From Rhizodiscina lignyota (lineage: Eukaryota), in NCBI GenBank assembly GCA_010015805.1, contig ML978125.1, positions 1 to 64,000 on the forward strand: a DNA stretch of 64,000 nt. The letters run 5' to 3'. Both the position numbers and the translations under genes were made by a program. Shown here one piece after another: positions 49,284-61,962 of this stretch. Below the pieces are notes generated by a model that saw only the letters and a program-made list of their open reading frames with translations, was not told the origin of the DNA and made no database searches. Within the stretch, counting starts at the first letter, position 1. Each line of letters opens with the position of its first letter.

Positions 49284-51013
49284 TTAATCAGCGCTTTCAA
49301 TGTGATCGTCTTTTGCATCACGCTTTGCTTCATCGTCTGCAATGCTCTCCATCTCGAGCTTTGCCTCACTTGCTCGAAGCTCGGCATTCTCAGTCTCGTC
49401 AATCGCGTTGATATCGTTTGGCTTTCCAAGTTTCTCCCGGATCTCCTTTCCTTTCCACATCAAAACAGCGATCGGAATGAACGCGAGGAAGCTTCCCATC
49501 AATGCAAAAAAGAGGAAGGTGAACTGATACCCGATTTTCTCGGCCATTGGAATCGCGTAAAAGGCGAATGTCATTCCAATCTCCTGGCGGCAGAAATTGA
49601 ACAGCTGCGACACATCCGAGCCTTCAGGGCGGTACGAGTCGATTGAATATGTATAACACCTACGGCAGTCAGTGTCACAAGTCTACAACAACATTACGAT
49701 GGAAATACTTACGTAGTGGTGATAATCTGAATGCCGAAGCATGCGAGCCCCATACCGAATAGTGGGCCGAACCAATGAGTATGATACTGGAGCGTGAAGC
49801 CATATATCAAAAGGCCAATTGGCAACAAGATCTCGCCAGTCCAGATAGCCTGTAAACGAACCTCGGGCTCTGGATCTCTACCGAGCCTCTTGCGCTCTCG
49901 CTTTACGATGTAGTCGACAACAAGGCCACCTGCGAGTTCGCCGAGAGTACCGCCGATAGTGAGGGCGCCTCCATACGCAAGCCCAATGTCGAGCGTGTTC
50001 CAACGGAAGAACTGGGTGAAGATGTGTGCAACTGTCACAGCGGGCAAGATACTTGCGAAGCCATACTGGGCAGCATAGTAAAGGGCTGGAAATAGCGCAC
50101 TTGGATACCTAGCCATCCGGAGCGGTGGAAGAATGAAATGCTTCGCTCGGAGATGCAGCTTCGGCGATGGCTTGCCCCAGAACTTGAGGCGCTGGAGATA
50201 CGTTGTCTTCGACAACGGAATGTGCTCTGCAAGTTGATTTGACGAATTCTCACGCACGTAGAGCGTCTCTGGGAGGCAGAAGAATGTGATGAGGAACATG
50301 ACACCATCGAGAATTGCGGCAAATTTGAACGTCCATCTCCAGCCAAGGTACTGTCCAACGAGGCCACCAACGATGGGTGCCAGATGGCTTCCGTTAGTCA
50401 TCATGACGGTATAGAATCCCATGGCACGGCCACGCTGGTGGAAGAAGAAGAGGTCAACAACGCTGGCGGCACCAAGGGCGAAAGCCGCAGTAATAAAGCC
50501 ATTGAAGACACGTGCGACAATAAGTTGGCCAAAATTCCGTGTGTACGCACAGCCGATGGCTGAGACAAAGCCGACGAGAGTGGAGGCCAGGTATACCGGA
50601 CGTCGTCCGTAGACGTTTGCAAGAGGAATCCAGAGAAATGGCGCAATGCCGTTGATGGCAATGACGACGGTTCTGCTCGCAGCGGTCAGTAGCAATCGAT
50701 GTGATGGCCAAGATACTTACGTCTGATAGCCTGCCTGCACTGTTGTGATTCCAAACTCCTTTGCGAGCGGAACGTATGCGGGATTGATGATGGCAGTATT
50801 CAGACCACCCAATGCAGCGAGCAGAGCAACCTGTGTCAGAACAACGATTTTCAAGGCCATTGGCCAATTAAGAGGATCCGCAGGATCGTTTGAAGGGACA
50901 GGACTGAGATGCTGGCGTGATGACGCCACGGCTCCTGCATTCTCGACATCTCGAGCCTGCGTCGTGTGCTCGAGCTCTGACGCAGGTCCGCCTTTGTTCG
51001 TCTTGTCTGCCAT
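49284..51013 (-). CDS. MFS transporter (DHA1-like, 3 exons)
   Basis: PSNDPADPLNWP, ANVYGRRPVYL, DLFFFHQRG.AMG, GWRWTF, PETLY and PEVRL motifs, with canonical introns. Confidence 0.92.
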
Positions 51014-53113
51014 TTTGAAGGCACTTCTTTCTGAATGGACATGATGAGAATTGTGGGAAAACGGCGATATTTGAACGGAGATCTGCCCGGCGATATTCGA
51101 GATGGCTCCACTTAGATTGTAAAATTTGAGGACACAGCTTAGAAACCTATTCGCCGTGACGCTTCACGCCGGATATTCCGAACATTGTAATCATCCCCAC
51201 TAAAGCGATTACCTTTCTTGGTCATGCATTTTCTCGCGCAATTGGCGGGATTTCTCGGGGAAGACACCGGCTCCATGCTTCCGGACGAATATCAAAAGCT
51301 TGGCAATTGCTTCAATTGCTTATCCTGACTCGAGAGCGGTTAAAATATTTGTTATTTCCCCGATATCGAGCTCTGGAAAGCTTTCCTTTATTGAGGAAAT
51401 GCAGACTTGTAAATGCACAGCACACTCTGACTCGGCGTCTATCGCTGTGCGGTATCGGTATGTCGTGACGGGAACTGAGGTAGAAGGTCATCACAACGCG
51501 GTCGCGCTTGATTTGTTCGTTTGGGAGCCACTACAACGTCTTTCATGTAGTCACCCGTGATAATCTCAAGCGAGTCGCTCCAAAAGTCATGCAATATCTG
51601 TACTTTGACTATCGTGCAGACCGAATATGCAGGTGATTTGATCTGACGTACGGTGGACGTGGCTTCAGTGTTTTAGGGAAGCGCAGGAGGTTCGTAATGG
51701 CCGTTAAAGACGCTGTTGAGTGGTTCGCCTGAATCATGCTGGAGATACAAATGGGGACGTTATGATATTTCCATCAGTGCCGGCGTTTTACACGTTTCTA
51801 GAGACATTCAAGCAAAATAGATGGCATCGAGAGCGTGAGAATAATGCATGATATGCTCAGAAACGAAAGGATGCATTTCAAGAGATGGAACTGCCCTTTA
51901 ATATGGCGTAAGAGAAAAGATTTATTGCTCCATGGAGAGGAATGCTCATGATTTCTCGTATGCCGGCTCTTTCGGAGGACTTGCATGCAGCATTTTCGAA
52001 CAATTTGTATGATTACTCTGACAAACGAATGGCATTGCAAAGCTTGGCTGAGAAACGGATATTTGAATGCTGACTCGCGTTCCTGCAGGACTATGAAAAG
52101 ACATACGTAAATAATAAGATCCATGTCCAGGTTTCTCTTGCCGTGCACGCATTCTACGTCGTACTGTTACGCCGAAGTCATCCGTGTCCGGCTGCCAATA
52201 GACGCCCCTCCCGTGGGCCAAGCTGCGTATTCCATGACTGCATGGCAGCCAATTTTCGGATTGCCTAAATGGAGACCGATCTTGCCAAGGAGCTATCATG
52301 CCTGAGATGTGTTGTCTTTCTTGTGTGCCACAGGTTTATTCTGGTGTGACGGATCGTAGGGCGATCAGAATGGGCTTAGTAGGAGATCTCGACCTGCCAC
52401 CCGGATTCCTGTCTCATTTGCAACAGCTTCTTAGCCTTTAATTCTCAAACGAATATACTTAGTTTTTCGATAGTTGTCGCGAGCCACTCAGGCCGAATAT
52501 CGAGGGCGGATCGAATGTTTACTGCTGCCAAGTTCTCATCACGATACAGCAGTTCTCATCCATCTTACCGCCATTACGCACTTATTCCAAATGAGTTGTC
52601 TTCCAATTGTCTACGGATCTACCCCCGTGATGTGAAGAGTTGAATGGAATGTGTAGGATGGGTATGTGTCTTCGTTTGAGCGTAGTCTTCGATCGTTGTT
52701 TCGAAAGCGTATTGGACAGGCGACTGCATAAAGAATTTCACTGGGGAATGAAAATTTAGCACTGCGCATATCGAAGTCAAAACTTGACGTTAAAGGAGAT
52801 TATTGATACGTCCAAAGAGCTGTCGGAGGGGAAGAGGCATTGCCACAATTTATAAACGTAAAAGATGTTGTGCAAGAGAAAGCGCAACGAAAGTTGGAGG
52901 CCTTCAAAGGGGCTGGAAATGACGCGTACCCCGCCGAGCGCAACGCGTCGGGTATCCCTGGTATCGCGGAGACCTTCATGGTGACCCTGTTTCTGGTTTC
53001 AGCACTTGTACTCCGGACACTATACCTTCATATCCATTTCTCAAGAAGTAGTGGGAGTTTCTTGGAACTTTCAACTTTGTCCGTCCAATCCTGAATTCAA
53101 GACCCAATCCGAC

Positions 53114-53718
53114 ATGAGCAGTTTCTCTCAATACGACACCGACGAAGAACGCCTTCCAGAAAGCCTGGAACGGGTCGGCTATGATGCAGATACTGAGAGA
53201 TATACATATCGCGATACGAATGATGGGAGCCTTTGGCAAGGCCCTGAAGGAGCAAGATATGGTCGGTTAGAGAGAAGTCTGTTCCCGTCACGGTGCAATG
53301 AAATATGATCACTGACGTGCAACAACCAGTCAGTGGAGCCATAGATGTGAATACTCCTGAATATCACAGCTCAGATCAAGTTCGTCCGTCCTTTTCGATC
53401 TTCCAAATCCCTTCTCACGCAGACCAGACAATCGAACGAGGAAGTCGGCAGTCATGGCGATACATGATGCCTTTCTTGCTCCTCATCTTTCTCTTCCTCT
53501 TGGGCGTCTGGAAGGTCATCGGACCTTCTTCTTCAAAGCCATCAGCGATACAATGTGGAGAGGCGGAGCGCGCATACGAGGTGCGAGCCGGTGATACTTG
53601 CTGGGCTCTGTCGGAGAAGTATGACTTCAAATTGGATGATTTGAAGAAATCAAATCCGAAGATGGACTGCGACTCTCTCCTGGCAGGAGAGCAGATATGC
53701 CTACCACCAACAGTATAA
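53114..53718 (+). CDS. Membrane-anchored LysM (CBM50) protein
   Basis: YDTDEERLPE...RVGYDADT..YTYRD..DGSLW.G..G.RYG N-domain, TM segment WRYMMPFLLLIFLFLL and LysM YEVRAGDTCWALS...N..MDCD.L..GEQICLP. Two introns. Confidence 0.88.
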
Positions 53719-54348
53719 TGAATTTGATCAACTTCGAGTATTCTCAATATTCTGCGGACCGGATTCCTCGGATGCTGATGAGAACACCTTGCTGGGGGCC
53801 ACCAGCCAAACCTCAGGCTCAACTTTGGAAGTGATCAGCTTTTCAGGCATGGCAACAGATGCACAGAGCATGGCATCCCTGGCTTTATACCAAGCATTGA
53901 ATGGTATGATAGCTAGGAGAGTATTGGCGTGCGGCGCTCGTCCAGAGGGGTCTTCACAGCTTTTGAGATGCTATTCTGCGGAATAGCGCAAAGGTTTGCT
54001 TTCAACGGGTCTAGAAATTCGCCTAGCATCGCCATATATGCTGCTCCATCCTCTTTGTTTGAACTGACCTACAATGTTGAGTTGCATTGTAGCCTCGTCG
54101 GTCCCATGCACTGGGCAAAGTCCCACGTGTCTCAGGCCATGTGATTCGCGCATTTTCTTGACCGGCATGCTCCCCAGATTCTCGTGAGAGAATCGTTCAA
54201 ATGTCCAACTATTTCCCTGGATTAAATCTTCTTTACTACGGTACATCCACGCACTCACCTTCTCAAGCATTTCCATTTTGTCCTGGTTCGTCATTATCCG
54301 ACCTTTGAGCATTAGAGTCCGAGAGGCTGGCCGCTGTTCATCTTCGAT

Positions 54349-56532
54349 ATGCCCCCCGAGCTTCCAACGTACCGCTACCGACCTCTCGAAAGCGATTCTA
54401 CGGTTCGGATACTGGCTCTTCATCGTGCAACGGACCATTCTGCGTCGTTAAACTGCAACATCATTCACCGGGACCTTGAGACCGAATGCTTCCCGCACGA
54501 CTTATATGAAGCAGTTTCGTACGCGTGGGAAGGCCAACAGCCTTGTCTGCCACTTGTATGTGACGGTACGGCGACACTGCACATCACACCAAATGTGGAT
54601 TCTTTTCTCCGTGTTCTGCGCAGGACACATGCGACGCGATATCTCTGGGTCGACGCAGTCTGCCTCAATCAAACTGATGGCTATGAGAAAGGCAAGCAAG
54701 TCTCACGAATGAGAGAGATATTTCGCCATGCACGAAAGGCGCATATCTGGCTCGGAGAAGAGGCCGGTGGTGAGGCCGATCTCTTTACGTCGCTCGAGCG
54801 CCTTGCACGTCTACCTTTGGATGCTTTGGATCTGTATCTGATCGGTAGTGAGGACTCCATAGACAGCGATGATGAAGAGGAAGAAATAGAGACTCTTTGC
54901 AAGACTCAGGTACAAGTTTTGGATACCTTATTACGGAGACCGTGGTTTACCAGGCGTTGGATTCTGCAAGAGGTCACCCTGAGCAGGTACAATGTGGTGC
55001 GCTGCGGAATGCTCACGATCCGCTGGACTGTTTTCAAGGATGCACTTTCTTGTCTTACACTTGACGAGAATTTGAACGGCATGACAACGATTCAAACCTC
55101 ACTGTCTATTTGTACCCTCTCGGATCGAGCTGATCGGTTCAAGCTTTTAAGGAAATCTCGTGTACGGAAAGAGAGGCACACGCAAATGGGCGGCGATAAA
55201 TGGAGATTATCATGGCGTGGCAAGGCCGGAAATGAGGAGTCACTTCACCTCCTGGATCTACTTGTGGAATTTCGCAATTCCAATTGCTCGGATGAACGAG
55301 ACCGCGTGCTGGCTTTGGTGGGCTTAGCTGTTGATGGATCAGACTTTGATCTTATTGCTGGCTACAACGTAACACTCCTGGAGTTCTGGATAATGTGTGC
55401 GGGACAACAGTTCACGAAACAACACAATGTTTATGGTCTACATCAGTTGCTCAGTTTAGCAAGCAGCTTTCGGTCGGCTGAAGATGAAGAGACATTGCCG
55501 TCCTGGGTGCCTAATTGGGCATCTACCCCTACATATGCCCTTCCACAATACAGTCAAGGTCTTCTTGGGGGTGTCTCTCCAAAATCTAGATCCATGGCCA
55601 CACCGCTGGGTCGATCACTGCATTGTCAAACTCAATTTGGGTATTGTGGTAAAATCTTGTGGACATCGACAATTACACCCAATTCCGCATCTTTACGAGA
55701 CGTATACTCCCATCTCCTGTCCTCTATGATAGAAGGAGCAGCCACGTTACTGTGGCATGAAGATCTTATTACTGGTTCCTTTCAACCAGTGCCACTATAT
55801 CTGCAACACGTTCTGCAACGCCCGGGATTTACCCACAACTTTATTGGCTCACTGGACATCCACGATAAACGCTACCGTAATGTCTTGGCCGAATGCCTTA
55901 TCAAATCATTGCTTGCAACTCTTGGGGCGATGTGTAATAAGTCTTTCTCAGATCTCAAGGATCTAGCCGAACATCCATGGATCACAACAACGAAGGTTGA
56001 AGGCAGTGAAATGCTCCAAATCCATTCGACAGTTGAAGAGCTTATTGCCGATTTATTTCTGCAAAAGTACAGAAACCGAAAGTTATGCTTAGCACGTGAA
56101 CGACATGAATATTCACGAGGTCATCCACCACAATTTTTTCGTGATTGCATTGTCATTTCAATCCCTACATTCCGATTGAACTCTCCAGTCTCTCCCGAGA
56201 TAGACGAGTTTGAAGCCCTTCACTTTGGAATAGCGCCACCGCGAACGATCGCTGAAGACCAAGTATTCCAGATTGGTCGTGATTTAGTCGAAGCTACACC
56301 AATGGGTATCATGAGAAGTGTCACGCCGGTGAATCCAGGCGGACAAGAAATTCCAGCCTTCAATTCATCGGAAACTGTTGGTTTGAAATTGAGTATAATG
56401 AATCGAGTCAGCCCTTAGATTTAGAATCATTGCTCATTGTGTAAGATGGTTTCCGATTTTGACGGAGAAAATCTACCGATAGACTCCCAGAGTCAGCGAA
56501 AAACGTTTGATAACGGTGAATTCCCACAATAA
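54349..56532 (+). CDS. HET-domain (heterokaryon incompatibility) protein
   Basis: YEAVSYAW, LWVDAVCLNQ.D..EK..QV.RM..IF..A, RPWFTRRWILQEV, CSDERDRV.AL.GL and LPSWVPNW. ORF stops at 56418; a short last exon to 56532 is possible. Confidence 0.9.
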
Positions 56533-57057
56533 ATAATTGTTCTGAGTACTGAATTCGAGTACATATACACGAGAAATCCAAGAGAACAGCACTTAGTCGT
56601 AATATTACTCAAGCACGAGTACCGCTTTTCCAGAGCAGGCCGCTGTAGCAGTGACCTGCAAGAGATCAATCATCAGACCCTGGTCAATGCTTGTGCATAA
56701 CTTAACGACTGCCATTATATACAGTTCGGATTCATGATATCCCAAAAGTAGATTGTAGTTACGTCTAGGCCTTATGCTCTAGAGTAGTTAGGCTGCATGC
56801 ATCTCTTCTCTTCGATTTAAGTTTTGAAAGTGTCAGTTTCAAGGATGAGAGTCTCACCATCAGTTGAGAAATTATAACAATTGTAGATGTCTCAGAAGTG
56901 CGCGAATTTATTTTTGAAGGCATGCGGAATGAAAAGAGCTTGTCCATTCGTTTGTCTTCGCGCTATCATGACTACCAAACCAGAAGCGCTACCCACCCAA
57001 CTGAACTTCTGAAGGAGTACAACCGCCAGCAATAATATCACAACGCAGATGCCAATG

Positions 57058-58158
57058 TTATTGCGCTTCCTCCCAGCCCTTTAGAAATGACAGCAAATTC
57101 CCCCCGAGCCGGTCAATGACATACCCGCCCTCCAAAAGAATGATACTCGGCACTTCCTTCAACCCTTCCGCACCCCTGACACGACTCGCAACCGCCTCGT
57201 AATCTTCCGTATCGATCTGGAATTTCCCAATCGGATCCAGCATAAAAGTATCGAAACCCAAACTCACAACCAGGAAGTCGGGCGCATGCTCTCTCGTCCG
57301 CTCAACCATCACTTCGATCTTTTCCAAATACTGCTCGATGCTCGCGCCAGTTTCGAGCGGCAGATTAATATTGAAACCTTCGCCTTCCCCTTTGCCAGTC
57401 TCATCCTCAAAGCCGGAGTAGTATGGAAACTCGTCTCGCCCGTGGATACTGACATACAACACATTTGGGTCCTCGTAGAAGTAGTCTTGTGTTCCATTCC
57501 CATGATGAAAGTCCAAATCTAGTATCGCAATCTTCCGCTTCTTCTCTCCCGAACGGAGCTTATGCAGCGCATGCACAGCTACCACAGCGTTGTTGATATA
57601 ACAGTAACCTCCTGCTTTGGCGGTATTGCAGTGATGTCCTGGCGGCCGACACAGTGCCATGACAGTCTTCTTACCGACATCATCGTTAATCAAGCATGCT
57701 GCACAGGCAGCTAAGCTTGCACTAGCTTCGATTGCAGCCCATGAGTTCTTGCAGATCCCCGTACTCATGTCGAAGGCATAGAAGCCAGGCCGTGCGAAGA
57801 CATCCTTCGGAGGCTGGAAGACCCTCGCGCCAGCACTAGATGATGGAAGCTGAAAGCATTCCGGGAGAATGCTATCGCCCTCTTCGATCAGACCTTCATT
57901 GCGCCATGTCTCATGAGAAGTGCGAAGATGATCGAGATACCCAGATTCATGCGTTTCAGCAAGGAGTTCATTCAAGCTCGCCTTTTGCTCCTCTGAATAT
58001 TCCGATAACTTCTCAAGCTGGACCTGATGGGAGGTCGACTCGAGAGCCTTCAAGATGGCATGGATGCGCTCTGGGGATTCGAGCGCCGGGATGATTTTCG
58101 CGCCGAGTAATTCGACGGTCTCGTGCAGCAGCGTTGCTGGATCGTGCAGAATCAGCAT
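57058..58158 (-). CDS. Histone deacetylase superfamily protein, acetylpolyamine amidohydrolase-like
   Basis: ESPERI, RPPGHH, GGYCYINN, DLDFHHGNGTQ, SLGFD and EGGY. Intronless. Start MLILHDP. Confidence 0.88.
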   Translation of the reverse strand: MLILHDPATLLHETVELLGAKIIPALESPERIHAILKALESTSHQVQLEKLSEYSEEQKASLNELLAETHESGYLDHLRTSHETWRNEGLIEEGDSILPECFQLPSSSAGARVFQPPKDVFARPGFYAFDMSTGICKNSWAAIEASASLAACAACLINDDVGKKTVMALCRPPGHHCNTAKAGGYCYINNAVVAVHALHKLRSGEKKRKIAILDLDFHHGNGTQDYFYEDPNVLYVSIHGRDEFPYYSGFEDETGKGEGEGFNINLPLETGASIEQYLEKIEVMVERTREHAPDFLVVSLGFDTFMLDPIGKFQIDTEDYEAVASRVRGAEGLKEVPSIILLEGGYVIDRLGGNLLSFLKGWEEAQ

Positions 58159-58536
58159 CAGGCAGTAGCGAGAGTTTGTGCGGATGAACTTGTTCGATGA
58201 CTGATACGGAAGATGAGTTCGGAGATGAGAAATGTCAGGACATGAAGAGAAACGTGTTTGTTGGAAATGCTCCGAGAGGTGAAGTGGGATAGCGCCAGAT
58301 ATCAATCTCGTGTGACACAAGATATCATTCTCCGCACGCCGCGTTCTGTACCTGCATACGGAGCAATGCAAAATTTCCTGCATGGGATGATTTTCAAATA
58401 TGACGTCATCTTCCACCAATAGGACACAGTCGTGTGAGACGCGGGATTTTGTTGGGAAGGTGGTCGCGTGTGAAGACGTTCTGGACTTTATTTTTCCTTA
58501 TACGGCAGGTTTATACCAGCCATATCCACACCATCA

Positions 58537-60058
58537 TTACTCGACGAAAAGTCTACCTGCTCCTTTGCGGAAGACGTTTGTGGGGTCATACTTGTTCTTG
58601 AGAGCCAATACTCTTTCCGTGTTGACTCCAAATAGGTCCCATGCATTCGCAGCGTCAATACCTGTACAATGGTTAGCGACTGTTTGCTCCCACGCTCACT
58701 ACGTGGCACCAGTACTTACCATCATAGTTGCCATATTGGCCGACCCCATCCCGGCTATCCTGAATGTGCTTCTTCAACTCTGCATCAATCTTCTTCGCCT
58801 CCGTCCGTGCCCATTCACGGCAAACTGCATCGTTATCTTTATCAGTCCACCTTAGCCCGAGCAAAATGTTACTGTGGAGACCCCTGTTGGCGAAGGACAT
58901 CGCTGTCTGTGAGATTTCGATTACCTTCTTCTGACTGAAGTACTCGAAAAGAAATACGGAGGCGATGGCATCTGGAACACCTCTTACGAATGCCAAGTAA
59001 TCATCCAGGAGGCTTTGAGCGAAGGTTTGACTGAGCGGAGGCATGAACGCTGTGCCTTTCTGTGTCTTGCGATCGCCATGGGTTGACACACCGTTGAGCA
59101 TTGCATTGACTTGCTTATACGGCATATCCGATGTCCGGTTAAGCACCGGATTCAAGTTTAGAAGCGGCTTGTAGTACTCCTCGGCCTCAGCCTTAGGACC
59201 ATTGTAGAAGGCCACGGCAAGCACCACAGGTTTTCGAGCGGGGGCTGGCGCAGCGAAACCGATCACGATCGCAGACTGTCCGTCGGTTGTCTCGGCGAGG
59301 TTATTTGCAAATTCCACAACAGACTGCAGCTTATCCGTCGTAAATGCAAGAAGTCCGCCCCAGACAGGGTCTCGCTGTGTGTAACCGCGGAATGTGAAAC
59401 TGGTGGCGACGCCAAAGCTCTGTCCAGCACCCCTCAATGCCCAGAACAGATCCGGGTTCTCATCCTCTGTAGCATTCAAGATGTGACCGTCCGCGAGAAC
59501 GACCTCAACAGCAAGCAGATTGTCGATCGTCAGGCCATATAGTCCAGAAAGCCAGCCGTATCCGCCGCCAAGTGTCAGCCCACCAACGCCGGTATGGTTG
59601 ACTGTGCCTCCGACAGTAGAAAGACCATGCTCGGATGCAGCCAGATCGACATCCTCCCAAATAGTGCCGCCTTCTGCTATAATCATCTTGCCATCCGGGA
59701 CGACTGTGACATTGCGCATTTTCGAGAGATCGACGAGTAGGCCTCCCTTCGTAGACGAAGAGCCAGATGTTGAATGACCGCCTCCTTTCACTGCAATCTC
59801 AAAGCCATGTTCCCGTGCGAATAGTATCGCTCTTGATACGGCTTCTGCGCAGGTCGGTTGGACCACTATCGCCTTGAGAGCCAGGTCAGTAAGGCAACAG
59901 TCTGTATCAAGACAACTTACAGCCTTCTTCTCCGCAGACTCTGCCCATCTCTTAAGACTTTGTTCATAGCCATCCGAACCTGGCAGAAGTACTGTTGAAT
60001 TTGACCTCTCCAAGGCCGATTTCAGAGCATCAACTGCATCAGTTACTTGACCGCCCAT
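58537..60058 (-). CDS. FAD-linked oxidase (BBE / 6-hydroxy-D-nicotine oxidase-like)
   Basis: AVKGGGH (flavinylation His), TGVGGLTLGGGYGWL, DLFWALRGAG..FGV, Y.NY and a last exon with LKNKYDPTNVF. Confidence 0.9.
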
Positions 60059-60665
60059 CATGAGAAGCCGTAGCATAGTAGAACTTCAGACGGGCAAGGA
60101 CCGGAAAGTCCTGCATAATAACGCGGAGCACATCATACTGTCGGTTTTAAGAGCACCGCGAAGAACCGAGCAGAGTCAATTTAATTTACTCCAGACGTGA
60201 GAACCTGAAAGGAGTCGGAGCACAACCAAGTTGCTTGTGCAAATCGGCTATCTCGATCATTAGTACACCAAAAAAGGACGGGATGTGTAAGGATTCAGCG
60301 TCGGACTAAGTGCGGTGGTTGTTATGTTGCCGGATTGAGCAGCTACGCCGAGCGTTCGGCTTCGGAGTGGATGTGAAGACGGATGACTAAGATGTAACCG
60401 GACATACAACGCATCATGCATTGTCAAAGCTAGGAGAGACTGGGACCTTTCTGATGCTTTTGACTACCCGTTGGCTGCCGTAGTTGCCGGTAATATAATT
60501 ACTGTTATCGAACGTGGGAATTTCCTAATTTGGAGGAGCGCTGTGACGGAGCCGGTAGACAACGATCGATCTGAGGGATTGAAAATAGACCTTACGCCAA
60601 ATGTCCGATCTTTGGAGATGTCTCCTACTCGAACTACCACTGTGTACTATTACCAAACAGAGGCA

Positions 60666-61887
60666 ATGCGTACCCAGACAGCTCTTCAAGTTGTTGGCCG
60701 CGGGGCTGCGACAGTGATTGAGTGCCCAGTACCAGTGCCCAGTCAATTGGATGTCCTCGTGCGCATCAGCGCTGTCGCTCTGAATCCAATCGATTCCAAA
60801 CTTTTGTACGGCGCAATCACTCCCCCAATACCAACTCGCTTAGGATGCGATTTTGCCGGAGTCATCGAAGTGGTTGGCGAAAGCGTTACAAGAGATTTGA
60901 AAATAGGAGACCGAGTGGCTGGTATGGTCCAGGGAGGCAAGTCTCTCTTCGACAACACCGCTCCGTACGGCTAGGAGCTGATGTCTAAAAGGCAATACCC
61001 TTAGGCCAGATGATGGAGCGTTCGCAGAGTCTGTTGTCGCACCAGCACATGCTATCATCAAGCTTCCGGACGTAGTTCCGTTCGAACAAGGTGCTGCATT
61101 GGCAACGCCAGTATTCATTGCCGCGCTGTATCTGTTCAAAGTACTCGGCTTGCCCTGGCCAGACCATACAGGTATCTCAGTATTGAGCACGCAGGTGTTG
61201 ATATACGGTGGTGGAACAGCTACGGGTGCGATGGCGATACAACTGGCCAAACTGTGAGCGGACTCGCAGAATGGAATAATTGTTATCAAATCTGACTGCT
61301 TTGAAAGAGCCGGACTCCATGTGATTACAACTTGCTCGCGACAGAGCTCCGATCTCGTCCTTCGTTGCGGTGCGAACGCGGTCTTCGACTACGTAAGTAA
61401 ACCGTATGGGAGCGTTTTGCTCTTAAGAATGCTAAGAGCGGTTAAAATCTAGAACGACATTGACTGGGCGAAAAAAGTTCGCACTGCGACGAAAGACCAT
61501 CTTGCGTACGTCATTGATTGTATTTCGAATGAAGCCTCTGCTGCTAGCTGTGCAATTGCCATTGGAACACCTGGAGGGAAGTACTTGAGCTGCACCGTTC
61601 GTGGTCCAGAAATAGCTCGAAATAATATTGTAACGTTGAAACCGGTGGGGTTCACGGTCTTAGGACGAGAGTTTACGATTGGGTCCGATGAGCGACGTTT
61701 TGCTGTTGTCGAAGCTGACGGGGAGTTTGTCCAAGCCTTCATTCCGATCACCGAGAGACTGTTGAAAGAGGGAAAGATTAGTGTCTTTCCAATCGAGTGT
61801 CACTATGGGTTAATTCGCATACCTGAAGGCTTGCAAGCGTTGTATCAAGGCCAGATCCGGGGCGTCAGGCTTGTTTACCGTTTGTAG
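60666..61887 (+). CDS. LovC-like trans-enoyl reductase / zinc-free MDR oxidoreductase
   Basis: AVALNPID.K, LGCDFAG.IE.VG, GDRVAG, GAFAE, LIYGG.TATG..AIQLAK, ITTCS and G.IRG.RLVY. Three introns. Confidence 0.88.
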
Positions 61888-61962
61888 CGAGTATGATCCA
61901 ATTACGTGGCGTCAGCTTGCCCTCATACACCAATTCAATCTCATTGAGTCTCAATGCGCATT

